From: Fidelibacterota bacterium
GTDB taxonomy: Bacteria; Fidelibacterota; Fidelibacteria; Fidelibacterales; DSDE01
Assembly: GCA_046735395.1 (NCBI GenBank)
Contig: JBJKQR010000012.1
Coordinates: 64,001 to 128,000 of the forward strand
DNA: 64,000 bases
Reading direction: 5' to 3'
The notes under the pieces are model-generated. The model was not told the DNA's origin, did no database searches, and worked only from the letters and a program-made list of their open reading frames with translations. Below, piece by piece: positions 37,926-50,560 of this stretch (positions within the stretch are counted from its first letter, which is position 1; the number at the start of each line of letters is the position of its first letter). The position numbers were made by a program, and so were the translations under genes.

Positions 37926-38028
37926 AAAAAAAAATAGGGCCTGCACCCCGGGATAGCAAGTATTACCTTGCAGTGACCTATCCATGCTGCGTGATTCTAC
38001 TTATTCGCAGTACGAATAATGAGTGCAG
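37926..38028 (-). ncRNA. Candidate structured non-coding RNA of unknown family
   Basis: Closing helix CUGCACUC/GGGGUGCAG encloses two hairpins and is followed by U9. Confidence 0.45.
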
Positions 38029-38063
38029 ATGTGTCAAATCAGAAAAGTTAAAGAGATAAATCT

Positions 38064-38768
38064 TTATGGATGCAGGAGAAAATCGCTGATGTCCCGGGGC
38101 CGTGAGGCGCTGAAAGCATGGGGCAGAGCCAGCAGTTCATCTCTGTTTCCATAACCCCACAGACAGGCGATGGCCGAAAGGCCGGCATTGCGGGCGAAGA
38201 TCAGGTCTACGGTAGAATCTCCGATCATCGTGCACTGATCCGCAGAAAGGGGAAGGTCTTGCTGCACCTGCTCGAATATCCGCTTATCAGGTTTTCTCCA
38301 GGGATAACTATCGCCCCCGATGATACGGGTAAAATATCCGCTGATCCCGTAGCCGTCCAGCATGGTTCGGGTAATGGATTCCATCTTGTTGGTAATGAGA
38401 ATGAGGGTGTAGTTTGCCGCCAGATCATCCAGCATCTCCGGAACACCTTCATACAGGGATGTTCCCTCCAGACAATGCCGGGAATAAATGCGGATATAGC
38501 TGTCGAGAAAGCGTTTTTCCAGGCCGGGATCCACACAGCGGTCATCCTCGCCGGACAGAGACGTTGACAGGGTTCTCTGCACCAGTGAGGGAATTCCGTT
38601 TCCCACAAAGGAGCGGATCGTCTCATCGGGTAGGATGGGAAAGGAAAATTCCTTCAGGCAACGATTTAAGGCGCCTGTCAGTCCGGGCAGTGAATCCGAC
38701 AGGGTGCCGTCAAAATCAAAGGCGATCAGTGGTTTTGAGATGGATTCTCTCCCTGTAATTTCTGACAT
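38064..38768 (-). CDS. gph: HAD-family phosphatase (phosphoglycolate phosphatase-like)
   Basis: Motifs FDFDGTL, ITNK, RKPD and MIGDS..D. Confidence 0.8.
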   Translation of the reverse strand: MSEITGRESISKPLIAFDFDGTLSDSLPGLTGALNRCLKEFSFPILPDETIRSFVGNGIPSLVQRTLSTSLSGEDDRCVDPGLEKRFLDSYIRIYSRHCLEGTSLYEGVPEMLDDLAANYTLILITNKMESITRTMLDGYGISGYFTRIIGGDSYPWRKPDKRIFEQVQQDLPLSADQCTMIGDSTVDLIFARNAGLSAIACLWGYGNRDELLALPHAFSASRPRDISDFLLHP

Positions 38769-39190
38769 CCCGGGCAGAGGCCGTAAACATGAAGATAGTG
38801 ATTGAAATATTTAAAATGATTCCGGCTGCAGATCTGTTTTGCTTCCGGGATGCTGGTTTCATTGTTGAATTCAACGATACGCCCACAGCGGATACAGACG
38901 AGATGATCGTGATGGGACTGGCCGGTTTTGATCTCGTAGCGTGCCTTGCCGTCACCGAAGTCATATTTGTCCACAAGTACATTCTGGCTGAGTACGTCAA
39001 GGGTGCGGTAAATCGTGGCCCGGCTGACGGTGATGCCGTTCCGGGTCAGGTCGCTGAGAATGAGTTCGGCATCAAAATGTGCCTTGTTTTCAATAATATA
39101 TCTGAGAATCTCCCGCCGTTGTGTCGTGATTCTCAGAGCAGACTTTTTCAGAGCTCCGATCATTGTTTCAAACAGTCGGATATCATCCAT
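38726..39190 (-). CDS. fur: Fur-family transcriptional regulator
   Basis: Motifs RITTQR, HFDAE, SRATIYRTL, HHDHLVCIRCG and GLCPGC. Confidence 0.88.
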   Translation of the reverse strand: MDDIRLFETMIGALKKSALRITTQRREILRYIIENKAHFDAELILSDLTRNGITVSRATIYRTLDVLSQNVLVDKYDFGDGKARYEIKTGQSHHDHLVCIRCGRIVEFNNETSIPEAKQICSRNHFKYFNHYLHVYGLCPGCQKLQGENPSQNH

Positions 39191-39196
39191 GGGACG

Positions 39197-41407
39197 TCAG
39201 ACCCTTTCAACGAACTTTTCTGCAATGGCTTTCACGATACCCCCTGAGAAGGCGATTTTCAGGATGCGCTGGTCGCTTTTCTGGATGGACAGGACTTTTC
39301 CCCGTCCGAAGATTTTATGTGAAACCATCATGCCTTTGCTGATCTCGCCCTGATCGGACGAAGCGGAGGAAGGGGTGGCAGAGGTCTGAGTGAATATGCG
39401 TTGGGCCGTGGCCGGTCTCTCCCGGCTGATCCGGGGCTGAGCTGAAGCGGCCTGGACCTGGGCGGGACGCGCGGTTGTTCCGATACTGATGCAGTCCTCC
39501 GGGAGCTCGGCGAGAAAGGAGGACGGATCCTGATACTGTTCCATGCCGTACTTGAGGCGTATCCGCACCGAGCTGATATATACTTTTTCCATGGCCCGGG
39601 TGATCCCCACGTAAAATAAACGCCGCTCTTCTTCTCTTTCTTCCTCGGTGGATTCGCCACCGCGCTGAAGCGGAAAGAGGCCTTCTTCCAGCCCGGGCAG
39701 AAAGACCCGGGGAAATTCCAGGCCTTTGGCGCTGTGCAGCGTCATGAGTACGACCGCGCCGTTTTTTCCGGCTAGCTGGTCTATATCCGTGAGGAGGGAC
39801 ACTTCCTGAAGAAAATCCTCAAGCGTGGCGCCTTCATTCTGGTTTTCGAACTGAATCACACCGTTTACGAATTCTTCCATATTGTCGATGCGGTCCGTAT
39901 CCTGTTCGGTGGCGCCGGCACCCTGATACTGTTTGATCAGACCTGTCCTGTCCAGCATAATCCGGACGAATTCGGAGGGTTTGTAATCGCCTGATTCCTT
40001 TTTTAATGAGACCATGAGAGCCAGGAAATCACGAATTTTACGGGATGCAGGCCCCAGTCCGGCCTCCTCGGGATACTGGAGGCTTTCCCAGATACTGCGG
40101 TCTGTCTGCAGGGCAAAATCCGCCAGCCTGTCCAAAGACACTTTGCCGATTTTTCGTGATGGTGTATTGATGATGCGAAGCAGGGCCGTTCCATCGGAGG
40201 GATTTACCATGACCCGGAGATAGGCCAGCATATCCTTGATTTCCATACGTTCATAAAAGCGGGTGCCACCAATGATGACATAAGGAATCATCCGGTTGCG
40301 CAGGCCCTCTTCAAGAGCCCGTGACTGGGCATTCGTCCGGTAGAGAATGGCATAATCACCCGGCTTTGATCCGTTCAGCATACTGCGCTGTATGGTGGAT
40401 GAGATGAAATCCGCTTCCTTGTAGGCATTATCAAGATAGACAAGATCCAGATTTTCACCGTCAGCATTGTCGGTCCACAATTCCTTGGGATGACGGTAGG
40501 AGTTATGCGCGACAACGGCCGAGGCAGCCCTGAGAATCTTTTTTGTGGACCGGTAATTCTGTTCCAGTTTCACGATCTGCGGATCGGAGAACAGATTTTC
40601 GAATTCAAGAATATGGCGAATTTCAGCGCCGCGCCAGGAATAGATGGACTGGTCATCGTCGCCGACGACACAGATGTTCTGATGGCGCTGGGAAAGCAGC
40701 TCCAGAAACATGAACTGAACCAGATTCGTATCCTGATACTCATCAACCAGAATGTAATCCCAGCGATGCTGATAGCGTTTGAGAATTTCGGGTTGGCTCT
40801 GGAAGAGTTTGACCGGCTCAACGAGAAGGTCATCAAAATCGAAGGCTTCATTTTTTCGAAGAATTTTCTGATAGCGTTCGTAGATATCCCGTTTTTCCTT
40901 TGCCAGCCAGGCGCTGTCATTCTGAAGATCCGAGTGATTCGGGAAACGGAACTGTTGCTTATTCCAGGAAATATAGGACCGAACGGAATTCGGAGAGAGC
41001 GTATCCTTGGATATCTCCAGCTGTTTCATGGCTTCCTTGACCACGGAAAGCGAATCGTCGCTGTCATAAATGGTAAAATTGGATGAAACTCCGAGACGGG
41101 GTGCTTCCTGCCTCAGAAGCCGGGCATTGATGCTGTGAAAGGTGCCCATACTGACCCAGTTGGCCTGTTCGCCCAGAAGGCGCTGGAGCCGTTCCCGCAT
41201 TTCATTGGCGGCCTTATTGGTGAAGGTAACAGCCAGAATACGGTCAGGCGTGGTCTTTTTCTGAGCCAGAATATACGCGATGCGGTGGGTCAGAACCCGG
41301 GTTTTGCCGCTGCCTGCGCCTGCAAAAACGAGAGACGGGCCGTCTGTATTGACAACGGCTTCAACCTGCCGCTGATTCAGATGATTCAGGATGGGATCGG
41401 AATTCAT
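39197..41407 (-). CDS. uvrD: ATP-dependent DNA helicase UvrD/PcrA
   Basis: Motifs AGAGSGKT, VDEYQDTN, VGDDDQSIY, LEQNYRS, TLHSAKGLEF and EERRLFYVGITRA. Confidence 0.95.
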   Translation of the reverse strand: MNSDPILNHLNQRQVEAVVNTDGPSLVFAGAGSGKTRVLTHRIAYILAQKKTTPDRILAVTFTNKAANEMRERLQRLLGEQANWVSMGTFHSINARLLRQEAPRLGVSSNFTIYDSDDSLSVVKEAMKQLEISKDTLSPNSVRSYISWNKQQFRFPNHSDLQNDSAWLAKEKRDIYERYQKILRKNEAFDFDDLLVEPVKLFQSQPEILKRYQHRWDYILVDEYQDTNLVQFMFLELLSQRHQNICVVGDDDQSIYSWRGAEIRHILEFENLFSDPQIVKLEQNYRSTKKILRAASAVVAHNSYRHPKELWTDNADGENLDLVYLDNAYKEADFISSTIQRSMLNGSKPGDYAILYRTNAQSRALEEGLRNRMIPYVIIGGTRFYERMEIKDMLAYLRVMVNPSDGTALLRIINTPSRKIGKVSLDRLADFALQTDRSIWESLQYPEEAGLGPASRKIRDFLALMVSLKKESGDYKPSEFVRIMLDRTGLIKQYQGAGATEQDTDRIDNMEEFVNGVIQFENQNEGATLEDFLQEVSLLTDIDQLAGKNGAVVLMTLHSAKGLEFPRVFLPGLEEGLFPLQRGGESTEEEREEERRLFYVGITRAMEKVYISSVRIRLKYGMEQYQDPSSFLAELPEDCISIGTTARPAQVQAASAQPRISRERPATAQRIFTQTSATPSSASSDQGEISKGMMVSHKIFGRGKVLSIQKSDQRILKIAFSGGIVKAIAEKFVERV

Positions 41408-42450
41408 TATTTCCTGTTCTGTAGTTTTTTCTGCCAGTATATTTTTCGCCGGTACTTATCAAATTTTTCCTTGGCGCGGTTATGTTCCTCCAGAGTGCGG
41501 GAAAAATGGTGGCTTCCGTCCCCGATTGCGACAAAGTACAGATAGGAATCATGGCTAGGATACAGGGCTGCACGAATAGCCTGAATGCCCGGGTTGTTGA
41601 TGGGGCCGGGAGGCAGGCCGTAATGGAGATAGGTATTGTAAGGGGATTCGAGGGCCAGGTGACGGTTTCTCAAGCGCTTGTCGGGCCCCGGAATGATGTA
41701 TTGGATAGTAGGATCCGCCTGCAGTTTCATCCGTTTGCGGAGACGGTTCCAGTACACCGCGGACACGATGGGCATTTCCCGGTCGATGATGACTTCGCCC
41801 TGAATAATGCTGGCCATGGCCAGTATGGAATTGAGTGTCAGATGGAGACTGTCGCAGGACCTGAGAATTTCGTTCCGGTTCAGCACGTCCGTGAAATGGG
41901 CCGTCATCCGGCTGATCACATCCTCCGCATCCATATCCTCATAGAAAAAGTAGGTATCCGGATAGAGGCAGCCCTCCAGGGAATTCAGCTTCATGGTCGG
42001 TGGAATAAAATGCTGAACCGAATCCTTCCAGCTCATGAATTCGTCCGGATCAATCTCCAGTTCACGATGGAACAAATCTGCGATTTCCGTCATCTCCATG
42101 CCTTCGGGAATGGTAATCCGTATCTGTTTCTGGCTGGCGTGGCTCAGATGCCGGACCATATCGAAATAATTCAGTCCGCCGGGAATGTTGAAGGATCCGG
42201 CCTGAAGGCCCGTGACCATATTCATTGCCTTTGCAGACATGTAGAACTGCTGCCGGGAGCGAATCAGCCCATGTGCTTCCAGAGTATCCATGATCGCGGA
42301 GAAGGAAGTGCCCCGGGGTATTTTAAAAGTGATTTTCGGAGATGGAGCGAGGGGATTTGCCGGTGCAAAGAGATAGAGATAAAATGATAACAGGATCACT
42401 ATGAAACTGGTAACAAAAAACAGTGAAAGAAGAAGGGCTGCTCTTTTCAT
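41407..42450 (-). CDS. mltG: Endolytic transglycosylase MltG
   Basis: Motifs LEGCLYPDTY, ASIIQGE, LQADPT and SPYNTY..GLPPGPINNPG. Confidence 0.94.
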   Translation of the reverse strand: MKRAALLLSLFFVTSFIVILLSFYLYLFAPANPLAPSPKITFKIPRGTSFSAIMDTLEAHGLIRSRQQFYMSAKAMNMVTGLQAGSFNIPGGLNYFDMVRHLSHASQKQIRITIPEGMEMTEIADLFHRELEIDPDEFMSWKDSVQHFIPPTMKLNSLEGCLYPDTYFFYEDMDAEDVISRMTAHFTDVLNRNEILRSCDSLHLTLNSILAMASIIQGEVIIDREMPIVSAVYWNRLRKRMKLQADPTIQYIIPGPDKRLRNRHLALESPYNTYLHYGLPPGPINNPGIQAIRAALYPSHDSYLYFVAIGDGSHHFSRTLEEHNRAKEKFDKYRRKIYWQKKLQNRK

Positions 42451-42495
42451 CAGGGATCGTCTGATTCGATTATGGGTTAGGGGCCAGACAGATTT

Positions 42496-44401
<1,906 letters not shown>

Positions 44402-44732
44402 TCTTTTCCTTTTATTGTGAATATTATCCATGGCAAGGCTGATCTGTCATCGCTTTTGCCATTTTCATGGGGCCAGCCCATCCATACATCTGCCATAGCG
44501 GATCCGTGATGACAGGGCATTTTCGACAGCTGCATCATCCTTAATGAAAAGGATCGATTGAGGATTGCCGTTGTTGTGTGTACGGGAAAAATCATAGGTC
44601 CAAATTAACTGATTTTTATTGAAATTTTCAAGTTGATAAGAAAATAATCAATGATGGATCCGGAATCTGCGCCCTGTTTCATCCCTGCGAATATAAGGAG
44701 GATGATCAGAATGCCGGTATTATAAATACTAT

Positions 44733-45506
44733 CTAAGCGTTTCTGCCTGAGAGATACCTGTACAGTTCGGTTCGCAGGGTCGGTTCGTTGATACCCCGCG
44801 AGAGGACGCCGTTGAAGGCGATGGATACTTTTCCGGATTCCTCCGAGACGATGATGATGAAGGCGTCGCTCTCCTCGGACAGGCCGAGGGCTGCCAGGTG
44901 GCGGGTCCCGATCGTGGGATCTATGTCGAGGTTCTCACTCAGGGGCAAAATACATTTTGCGGCGACGATCTTATCCTGATAGACAACGATGGCGCCGTCA
45001 TGCAGGGGACTGAGAGTATTGAAAATGGAAAAAATAAGCTGGTTTGACAGCTGACTGTTCAGGGTGACGCCTTTTTCAACGATGGCTTTCAGGCCGAAGT
45101 CACGCATGACGACAATGAGAGCGCCCACTTTCTTCTTCTGCAGCTCAAACACAGAGTAGATCAGTTCTTCTGCCGCATTGCTGCTGTCATCGGAAATCAG
45201 TTTGCGGATCACAGGGTTCTGCCCGATATACATGAGAATTCGTCGGAGTTCAGGCTGGAAGACGATGGCGAAGAGAATGACCCACACCGTCTGAAAACTG
45301 CCGATAAGCCAGGCCAGGGCTCTCAGGTTCAGGACCTGGGCGAATACGCCCATGATGAGCAGAATAATCATACCGATGAGCATCTGGCTGGCGCGGGTAT
45401 TTTTGAAGAGGGCGTAAATGCCGTAAATGATGAAGGCCACGAGCAGGATATCGATGATATCCAGCAGCGTCACGGTGATGAAATCAATTTTGAAAAGATT
45501 GATCAT
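44733..45506 (-). CDS. cdaA: Diadenylate cyclase CdaA
   Basis: Three TM helices, then FQPELRR, PLHDGA, GTRHLAA and VSEESG. Confidence 0.92.
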   Translation of the reverse strand: MINLFKIDFITVTLLDIIDILLVAFIIYGIYALFKNTRASQMLIGMIILLIMGVFAQVLNLRALAWLIGSFQTVWVILFAIVFQPELRRILMYIGQNPVIRKLISDDSSNAAEELIYSVFELQKKKVGALIVVMRDFGLKAIVEKGVTLNSQLSNQLIFSIFNTLSPLHDGAIVVYQDKIVAAKCILPLSENLDIDPTIGTRHLAALGLSEESDAFIIIVSEESGKVSIAFNGVLSRGINEPTLRTELYRYLSGRNA

Positions 45507-46339
45507 GGCGATTCCTGTTTGAGTCGGTCTGTGATATCCAGCGCTCGTCTGCAGGCCAGTACATCGTGAACACGGAACAGAGAGGCACCGTTCATTGCTG
45601 ACACGGTAACGGCGGCCAGTGTACCCTCCAGACGGTCATTGACCGGCGCGCCGGTGAGTTCCCCGATGAAGGATTTTCTCGAGACACCCATCAGAATCGG
45701 TTTACCCAGGTCCAGGAATGAATGGAGCTCCCGGATGATGGTCAGATTATCATTGAGGCGTTTTCCGAAGCCGATGCCCGGATCCACAGCGAGGCTGTCC
45801 GGGGATATGCCGGCTTTTTCCGCAATGCTGATGGAGGTTTTCAGATAATTCATTATTTCACCGATCACGTCATCATAATGGGGAGAGGCCTGCATGGTGC
45901 GGGGCACACCCTGTATGTGCATGAGAACCGCCGCTCCCTTATGCCGGGCGACGATGGGAGCGATCTCCGGATGAAACTGCATGCCGCTGATGTCATTCAG
46001 AATGGCGGCACCGGCGGCAAAAGCTGCATCTGCTACTGCCGGCTTGACGGTATCAATGGAAATGAGCGGACAGACATGGCGAAGTTTTTCGATAACGGGA
46101 ATAACGCGGTCCAGTTCTTCATTCAGTGACACTTCCGCCGCGCCGGGCCGGGTGGATTCTCCACCGATATCAATGATGTCCGCGCCGTCCGTCACCATTT
46201 TTTCCGCATGCCGAAGGGCCGCATCAGGGGTGGAAAAACGTCCGCCGTCGGAAAATGAATCCGGTGTCACATTGAGAATGCCCATGACGACACTGCGGTG
46301 GTCAAGATCAAGTACGCTGTCCCTGATGATGAGCTTCAT
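45503..46339 (-). CDS. folP: Dihydropteroate synthase
   Basis: Motifs MGILNVTPDSFSDGG, DIGGESTRPG, DPGIGFGK, SRKS and RVHDV. Confidence 0.97.
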   Translation of the reverse strand: MKLIIRDSVLDLDHRSVVMGILNVTPDSFSDGGRFSTPDAALRHAEKMVTDGADIIDIGGESTRPGAAEVSLNEELDRVIPVIEKLRHVCPLISIDTVKPAVADAAFAAGAAILNDISGMQFHPEIAPIVARHKGAAVLMHIQGVPRTMQASPHYDDVIGEIMNYLKTSISIAEKAGISPDSLAVDPGIGFGKRLNDNLTIIRELHSFLDLGKPILMGVSRKSFIGELTGAPVNDRLEGTLAAVTVSAMNGASLFRVHDVLACRRALDITDRLKQESP

Positions 46340-46361
46340 GGGCCTGTCCGGGGTTTCTGTA

Positions 46362-48452
46362 TCAGGAAAGAGACGAATCCGATTCGGGAGCAGGATCTAT
46401 GGTCTCTGAACCGGTTCCTGCTTCTGATTTCTCACCTTTACTGATCAGTTCCATGAGTTCCTCGCGATCAAGAATCTCCTTCTCCAGGAGTTTCGTCGCG
46501 ATGATATGCAGTAGAGAAATATTTTCGGCCAGGAGTTTGCGGGTTTCTTCGTGTGCAGTATTGACCAATTTGGAAATTTCTTCATCAATGATTTTCGCCG
46601 TTTCGTTGCTGTGTTCGGCAGACCGTGCGAATTCCCGGCCCAGGAAAATTTCCTCATCTTTTTTACCGAAGGAAAGCGGCCCGAGGCGATCGGACATACC
46701 CCATTCGCAGACCATTTTCTTGGCAAGCTGGGTCGCCCGTTCGATATCGTTGCCGGCGCCCGTGGAGATTTCGCCGAAAATCAGTTCTTCAGCGGTGCGG
46801 CCACCGAGCAGGACAGACAGCTGCAGTGTGATGAAGGATTTTGTATAATTATGCTTTTCATCCGTGGGAAGGGTGTGGGTGACGCCCAGCGCCCGTCCGC
46901 GGGGAATGATGGTCACTTTGTGAATGGGATCTGATTTGGGATTGAGCAGGCCGACGAGAGCGTGGCCGGCTTCGTGATAGGCCGTGATCTTCTTTTCCTC
47001 ATCGGAAATGATCATACTGCGGCGTTCAGTTCCCATCATGACCTTGTCCTTGGCGTTCTCAAAATCATTCATATCCACTTCGGTCTTATTCTCTCTGGCT
47101 GCCAGAAGCGCGGCCTCATTCACCAGATTTGCCAGATCGGCTCCCACCAGGCCGGGAGTTCCCTTGGCGAGAATTTCCAGATTCACGGAGGGGGAGACTT
47201 TGATATTCTTGACATGGACTTTCAGGATGCCTTCCCGTCCCTTCACGTCCGGGACGTCCACGACGATCTGACGATCGAAGCGTCCGGGGCGGAGCAGTGC
47301 CTTGTCCAGGATATCCGGGCGGTTTGTGGCTGCAATGACAATGATGCTGGTATCGGAATCAAATCCATCCATCTGGACCAGAAGCTGGTTCAGGGTCTGT
47401 TCCCGTTCATCATGGCCGCCGCCGAGTCCGGCTCCGCGCTGCCGGCCTACGGCATCGATCTCATCGATGAATACAATACAGGGAGAATTTTTCTGAGCCT
47501 GATCGAAAAGATCCCGCACGCGGCTGGCGCCGACGCCGACAAACATTTCCACGAAGTCCGCACCGGAAATGGAGAAGAAGGGAACGCCCGCTTCTCCGGC
47601 CGCAGCCTTGGCGAGCAGGGTCTTGCCGGTTCCGGGAGGGCCCAGGAGCAGCGCGCCCTTGGGGATTTTTCCGCCCAGGGTCTGAAAACGTTTGGGATCC
47701 TTGAGAAATTCGATGATCTCCTGAAGCTCATACTTGGCTTCGTCACAGCCGGCCACGTCATTGAAGGTGACTTTCGGCATGTCGGGATTGAGCATGCGGG
47801 CAGGACTCTTGCCAAAACTGAAAATGCCCTTTCCGCTGGGACCGCCCTGAAGACGGCGCATCCAGAACAGCCAGAGGCCCAGAATGAGCACCCAGGGAAT
47901 AAAATTGATCAGGACATCCGTCCAGTTCGTGGTCTGCTGCTTGAAGGTATACTGAATTCCCTTTTCATCCCATTTGCTGATCATTTCATTGTCAACGAAG
48001 GGGAGGACGGTGACGAAATTCTTGTAATGATATTCCTTTCCTGCGACCATCATACTCTGGGATTCCTTGAGCACGCCATGAAAATGGGGGCCGATGATCT
48101 CGCCCTTCTGAACCAGATCGGTATTGACATAGGTCTGGAACTGGGTGAAGGAAATTTCCTGTTCGCCGATTGTATTGCTAGCCATCATATTAGCCATGAC
48201 AATGACCGATATGATGATGAAAATCCAGATAAGCGGCGTCTTGGTCGCTTTCTTCCAGTTGAAATTCTCATTCGGATCGGGCATGGGCGGAATCTGCCGT
48301 TTCTCATCCCTGTTGGATGAGGATTCCGGATTTCTGGGCCGGATCACCTTCTTCTTTACAGTTTTTGTCGATTTGCCGGTGCGGGGTGACTCTGAGGGAT
48401 CCTCCCGCCGGTCCAAATCTTTTTCCGGACGTTCAGGGTCTTTATTCGTCAT
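46362..48452 (-). CDS. ftsH: ATP-dependent zinc metalloprotease FtsH
   Basis: Two TM helices, then [21 protein letters not shown] and HEAGH. Confidence 0.98.
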   Translation of the reverse strand: MTNKDPERPEKDLDRREDPSESPRTGKSTKTVKKKVIRPRNPESSSNRDEKRQIPPMPDPNENFNWKKATKTPLIWIFIIISVIVMANMMASNTIGEQEISFTQFQTYVNTDLVQKGEIIGPHFHGVLKESQSMMVAGKEYHYKNFVTVLPFVDNEMISKWDEKGIQYTFKQQTTNWTDVLINFIPWVLILGLWLFWMRRLQGGPSGKGIFSFGKSPARMLNPDMPKVTFNDVAGCDEAKYELQEIIEFLKDPKRFQTLGGKIPKGALLLGPPGTGKTLLAKAAAGEAGVPFFSISGADFVEMFVGVGASRVRDLFDQAQKNSPCIVFIDEIDAVGRQRGAGLGGGHDEREQTLNQLLVQMDGFDSDTSIIVIAATNRPDILDKALLRPGRFDRQIVVDVPDVKGREGILKVHVKNIKVSPSVNLEILAKGTPGLVGADLANLVNEAALLAARENKTEVDMNDFENAKDKVMMGTERRSMIISDEEKKITAYHEAGHALVGLLNPKSDPIHKVTIIPRGRALGVTHTLPTDEKHNYTKSFITLQLSVLLGGRTAEELIFGEISTGAGNDIERATQLAKKMVCEWGMSDRLGPLSFGKKDEEIFLGREFARSAEHSNETAKIIDEEISKLVNTAHEETRKLLAENISLLHIIATKLLEKEILDREELMELISKGEKSEAGTGSETIDPAPESDSSLS

Positions 48453-49035
48453 CTTTTTTCCTTATTTTCTCTAAATCTTCAGGCGAGAAAGCATAGATGT
48501 CTCGCAGCTGTCGGTAACATTGATTGATGTCCAGTCCATAGCCGATGACAAACTGGTCCTGTATCTCGAAGCCGACATAATCAGGTTCGGCGTCAAGTTC
48601 GGCCATTCCCCGTTTATACAGCAGGGTGGCGACACGCAGTGACGCGGGGGAATTATTCAGCAGGTGCTTGCGCAGATAATTCATGCTGAGGCCCGTATCA
48701 ATGATATCTTCCACGACGATGATGTCCCGATTGAAAATGCTGGCCGAAATATCCTTGATCATGGAAATGGTGCCGGTGCTCTGTGTTTTCTGATAAGAGG
48801 AGATCTTCAGGAAATCCATTTCCGCCTCAATGGTCATGGAGCGGAGCAGATCTGCCATGAAATAGAAACTTCCGTTCAGGACCCCGATCAGGATAGGCGG
48901 CTGCTCGGAACCGGCCAGGTCCGCGCTGATCTGCTGTCCGAGATCTGATAAACGAGACTGAATCTGCGCTTCGGAAAACAACAGGGGCAGCTTGTATCCT
49001 TTAAAGGGTTCGCTGGGAATTTCAAAAAAACGCAT
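48442..49035 (-). CDS. hpt: Hypoxanthine phosphoribosyltransferase
   Basis: Motifs VEDIIDTG and FVIGYGLD. Sits in the tilS-hpt-ftsH synteny. Confidence 0.95.
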   Translation of the reverse strand: MRFFEIPSEPFKGYKLPLLFSEAQIQSRLSDLGQQISADLAGSEQPPILIGVLNGSFYFMADLLRSMTIEAEMDFLKISSYQKTQSTGTISMIKDISASIFNRDIIVVEDIIDTGLSMNYLRKHLLNNSPASLRVATLLYKRGMAELDAEPDYVGFEIQDQFVIGYGLDINQCYRQLRDIYAFSPEDLEKIRKKDDE

Positions 49036-49039
49036 CCTC

Positions 49040-50458
49040 TCATCCTTTCACATAATTAATCCGAAAATTTAAGAAAATCAGGCCTGTATTACCAGCAGTC
49101 AATTGATAAAAGCGGCTTCTTTTGACACAGGGTATCCACAGAATACGATCACCGGAGAGGAGAACGGGGTAAACGCGCCGGGTTAAAACGGGTAATTTTT
49201 CCTTGGTGAGAATATTTGACACTTTATGTGAAACCGTAGAGCCCCAGGGAATAAGGCGGTCGCCGGGTTCCCAGGGCCTGACGCTCAGGCCTTCTTTCAG
49301 AATCTCCGCGGGAAACCAGACGCCGCAGGCATCCCCGCTGAAAGTGCCGGGCAGCTGTGTTCGTTTTTCGATGCTGAGCGTTCCGACTCCGGGAACAGGA
49401 TACTCGCCTGGTTTATCAATGAAAAAGGGCTCATAGGCAGGCTGAGGTGAGGAAAAGATGCAGCGGTCTCTGTCCAGCGTGCAAACCAGACCGGAACCCA
49501 ATGAAAAACTTTTTCCCGTGCTGCCCTGCTCGATGAACTGCAGAAGTTTGCTGCGGGTTCTGCGTGATACGTGATGTATATGTGGAAACCGGGTTCGCAG
49601 GAGCTGATCAAGAAGGATGACGCGTGATTCAGGGGGCAGATCCAACCATCGCGATCGTTGAACTACGCTACGGTTTTCATCCGCTGTGATATGCCTCTGA
49701 AGAAAATCACTGACAAATGCTTCCAGGCCACTTTTGTAGACATTGAAGGACTGAGCGGATTTGAGCAGAGCTTCGCTGAAGGATGTAAATCCCATTTTTT
49801 CAATGAGGGGAAGGAGTTCGAGGCGGATTTTATTTCGTTTGAAATGGGCCTGTTCATTGCTGCTGTCATCTAAATATTCGATTCCGTGCTTTTCCAGATA
49901 GGCATTGATCTCAGAACGGTTAAAATTCAGAATTGGCCGGCAGCCGAGCGGGCCCAGCCACTGAATTCCCTGAAGGCCCATGAATTCAGCGCCGCTGAGG
50001 AGGCGGTAGAGCAGCGTTTCCACCTGATCATCCCGGTGATGAGCCGTCAGGATCAGGCCGGCGTCAAGATCGGTCCGCAGTTCGGACAGAAGGTCGTACC
50101 TGAGCTGCCTGGCATTCGCCTCAATCCCAAGGTCGTTCTGTTCTGCCCTTTCCTTCACGGGCAGAGAATGAATCTGAAGCGGGAGGCCGACGGTCTGGGC
50201 AAAATGGCGGCACCAGTCATCTTCCTGCTCATCCTCCGCAGGGCGGAGCCCGTGATTGAAGCGGATCAGCGTGATATCCAGCTGATAGCGATCCTGAAGT
50301 TCCAGAAGCAGGTGGCAGAGAAATACGGAGTCCCGGCCGCCACTGAAGGCCAGCAAAACCTTGCTGCCTTCAGACCAGAGCGTATGGTCCCGGATATTCT
50401 GATGGAGTTTATTCGCTTCGGCTGACCAGTTCACACCCGAATATAGCAGTTTCGCCAT
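49040..50458 (-). CDS. tilS: tRNA(Ile)-lysidine synthetase (start may be the GTG at 50434)
   Basis: Motifs SGGRDS, NHGLR, ARQLRY, TAHHRDDQVET and DSSN..FKRNKIR. Confidence 0.93.
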   Translation of the reverse strand: MAKLLYSGVNWSAEANKLHQNIRDHTLWSEGSKVLLAFSGGRDSVFLCHLLLELQDRYQLDITLIRFNHGLRPAEDEQEDDWCRHFAQTVGLPLQIHSLPVKERAEQNDLGIEANARQLRYDLLSELRTDLDAGLILTAHHRDDQVETLLYRLLSGAEFMGLQGIQWLGPLGCRPILNFNRSEINAYLEKHGIEYLDDSSNEQAHFKRNKIRLELLPLIEKMGFTSFSEALLKSAQSFNVYKSGLEAFVSDFLQRHITADENRSVVQRSRWLDLPPESRVILLDQLLRTRFPHIHHVSRRTRSKLLQFIEQGSTGKSFSLGSGLVCTLDRDRCIFSSPQPAYEPFFIDKPGEYPVPGVGTLSIEKRTQLPGTFSGDACGVWFPAEILKEGLSVRPWEPGDRLIPWGSTVSHKVSNILTKEKLPVLTRRVYPVLLSGDRILWIPCVKRSRFYQLTAGNTGLIFLNFRINYVKG

Positions 50459-50473
50459 TTTAATGCCAACGAC

Positions 50474-50500
50474 AAAACCGGCAGGAAGAATCTGGCCGGT
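50474..50500 (-). terminator. Putative terminator of the MMPL operon
   Basis: ACCGGC/GCCGGT stem followed by TTTT on the minus strand. Confidence 0.5.
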
Positions 50501-50560
50501 CCTCAACGTTATGCTGTATTTCGTAGCCGTCCGAAGCGGTCACGGTGAGTTGGATCAGTT

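Noticed and set aside
46962..48320. 452-aa plus-strand ORF, and similar long antisense ORFs at 1755-2771, 3680-4777, 9027-10274, 41482-42387 and 59380-60321
   Set aside because: These are antisense shadows of well-conserved genes caused by codon bias, and they carry no recognisable motifs.
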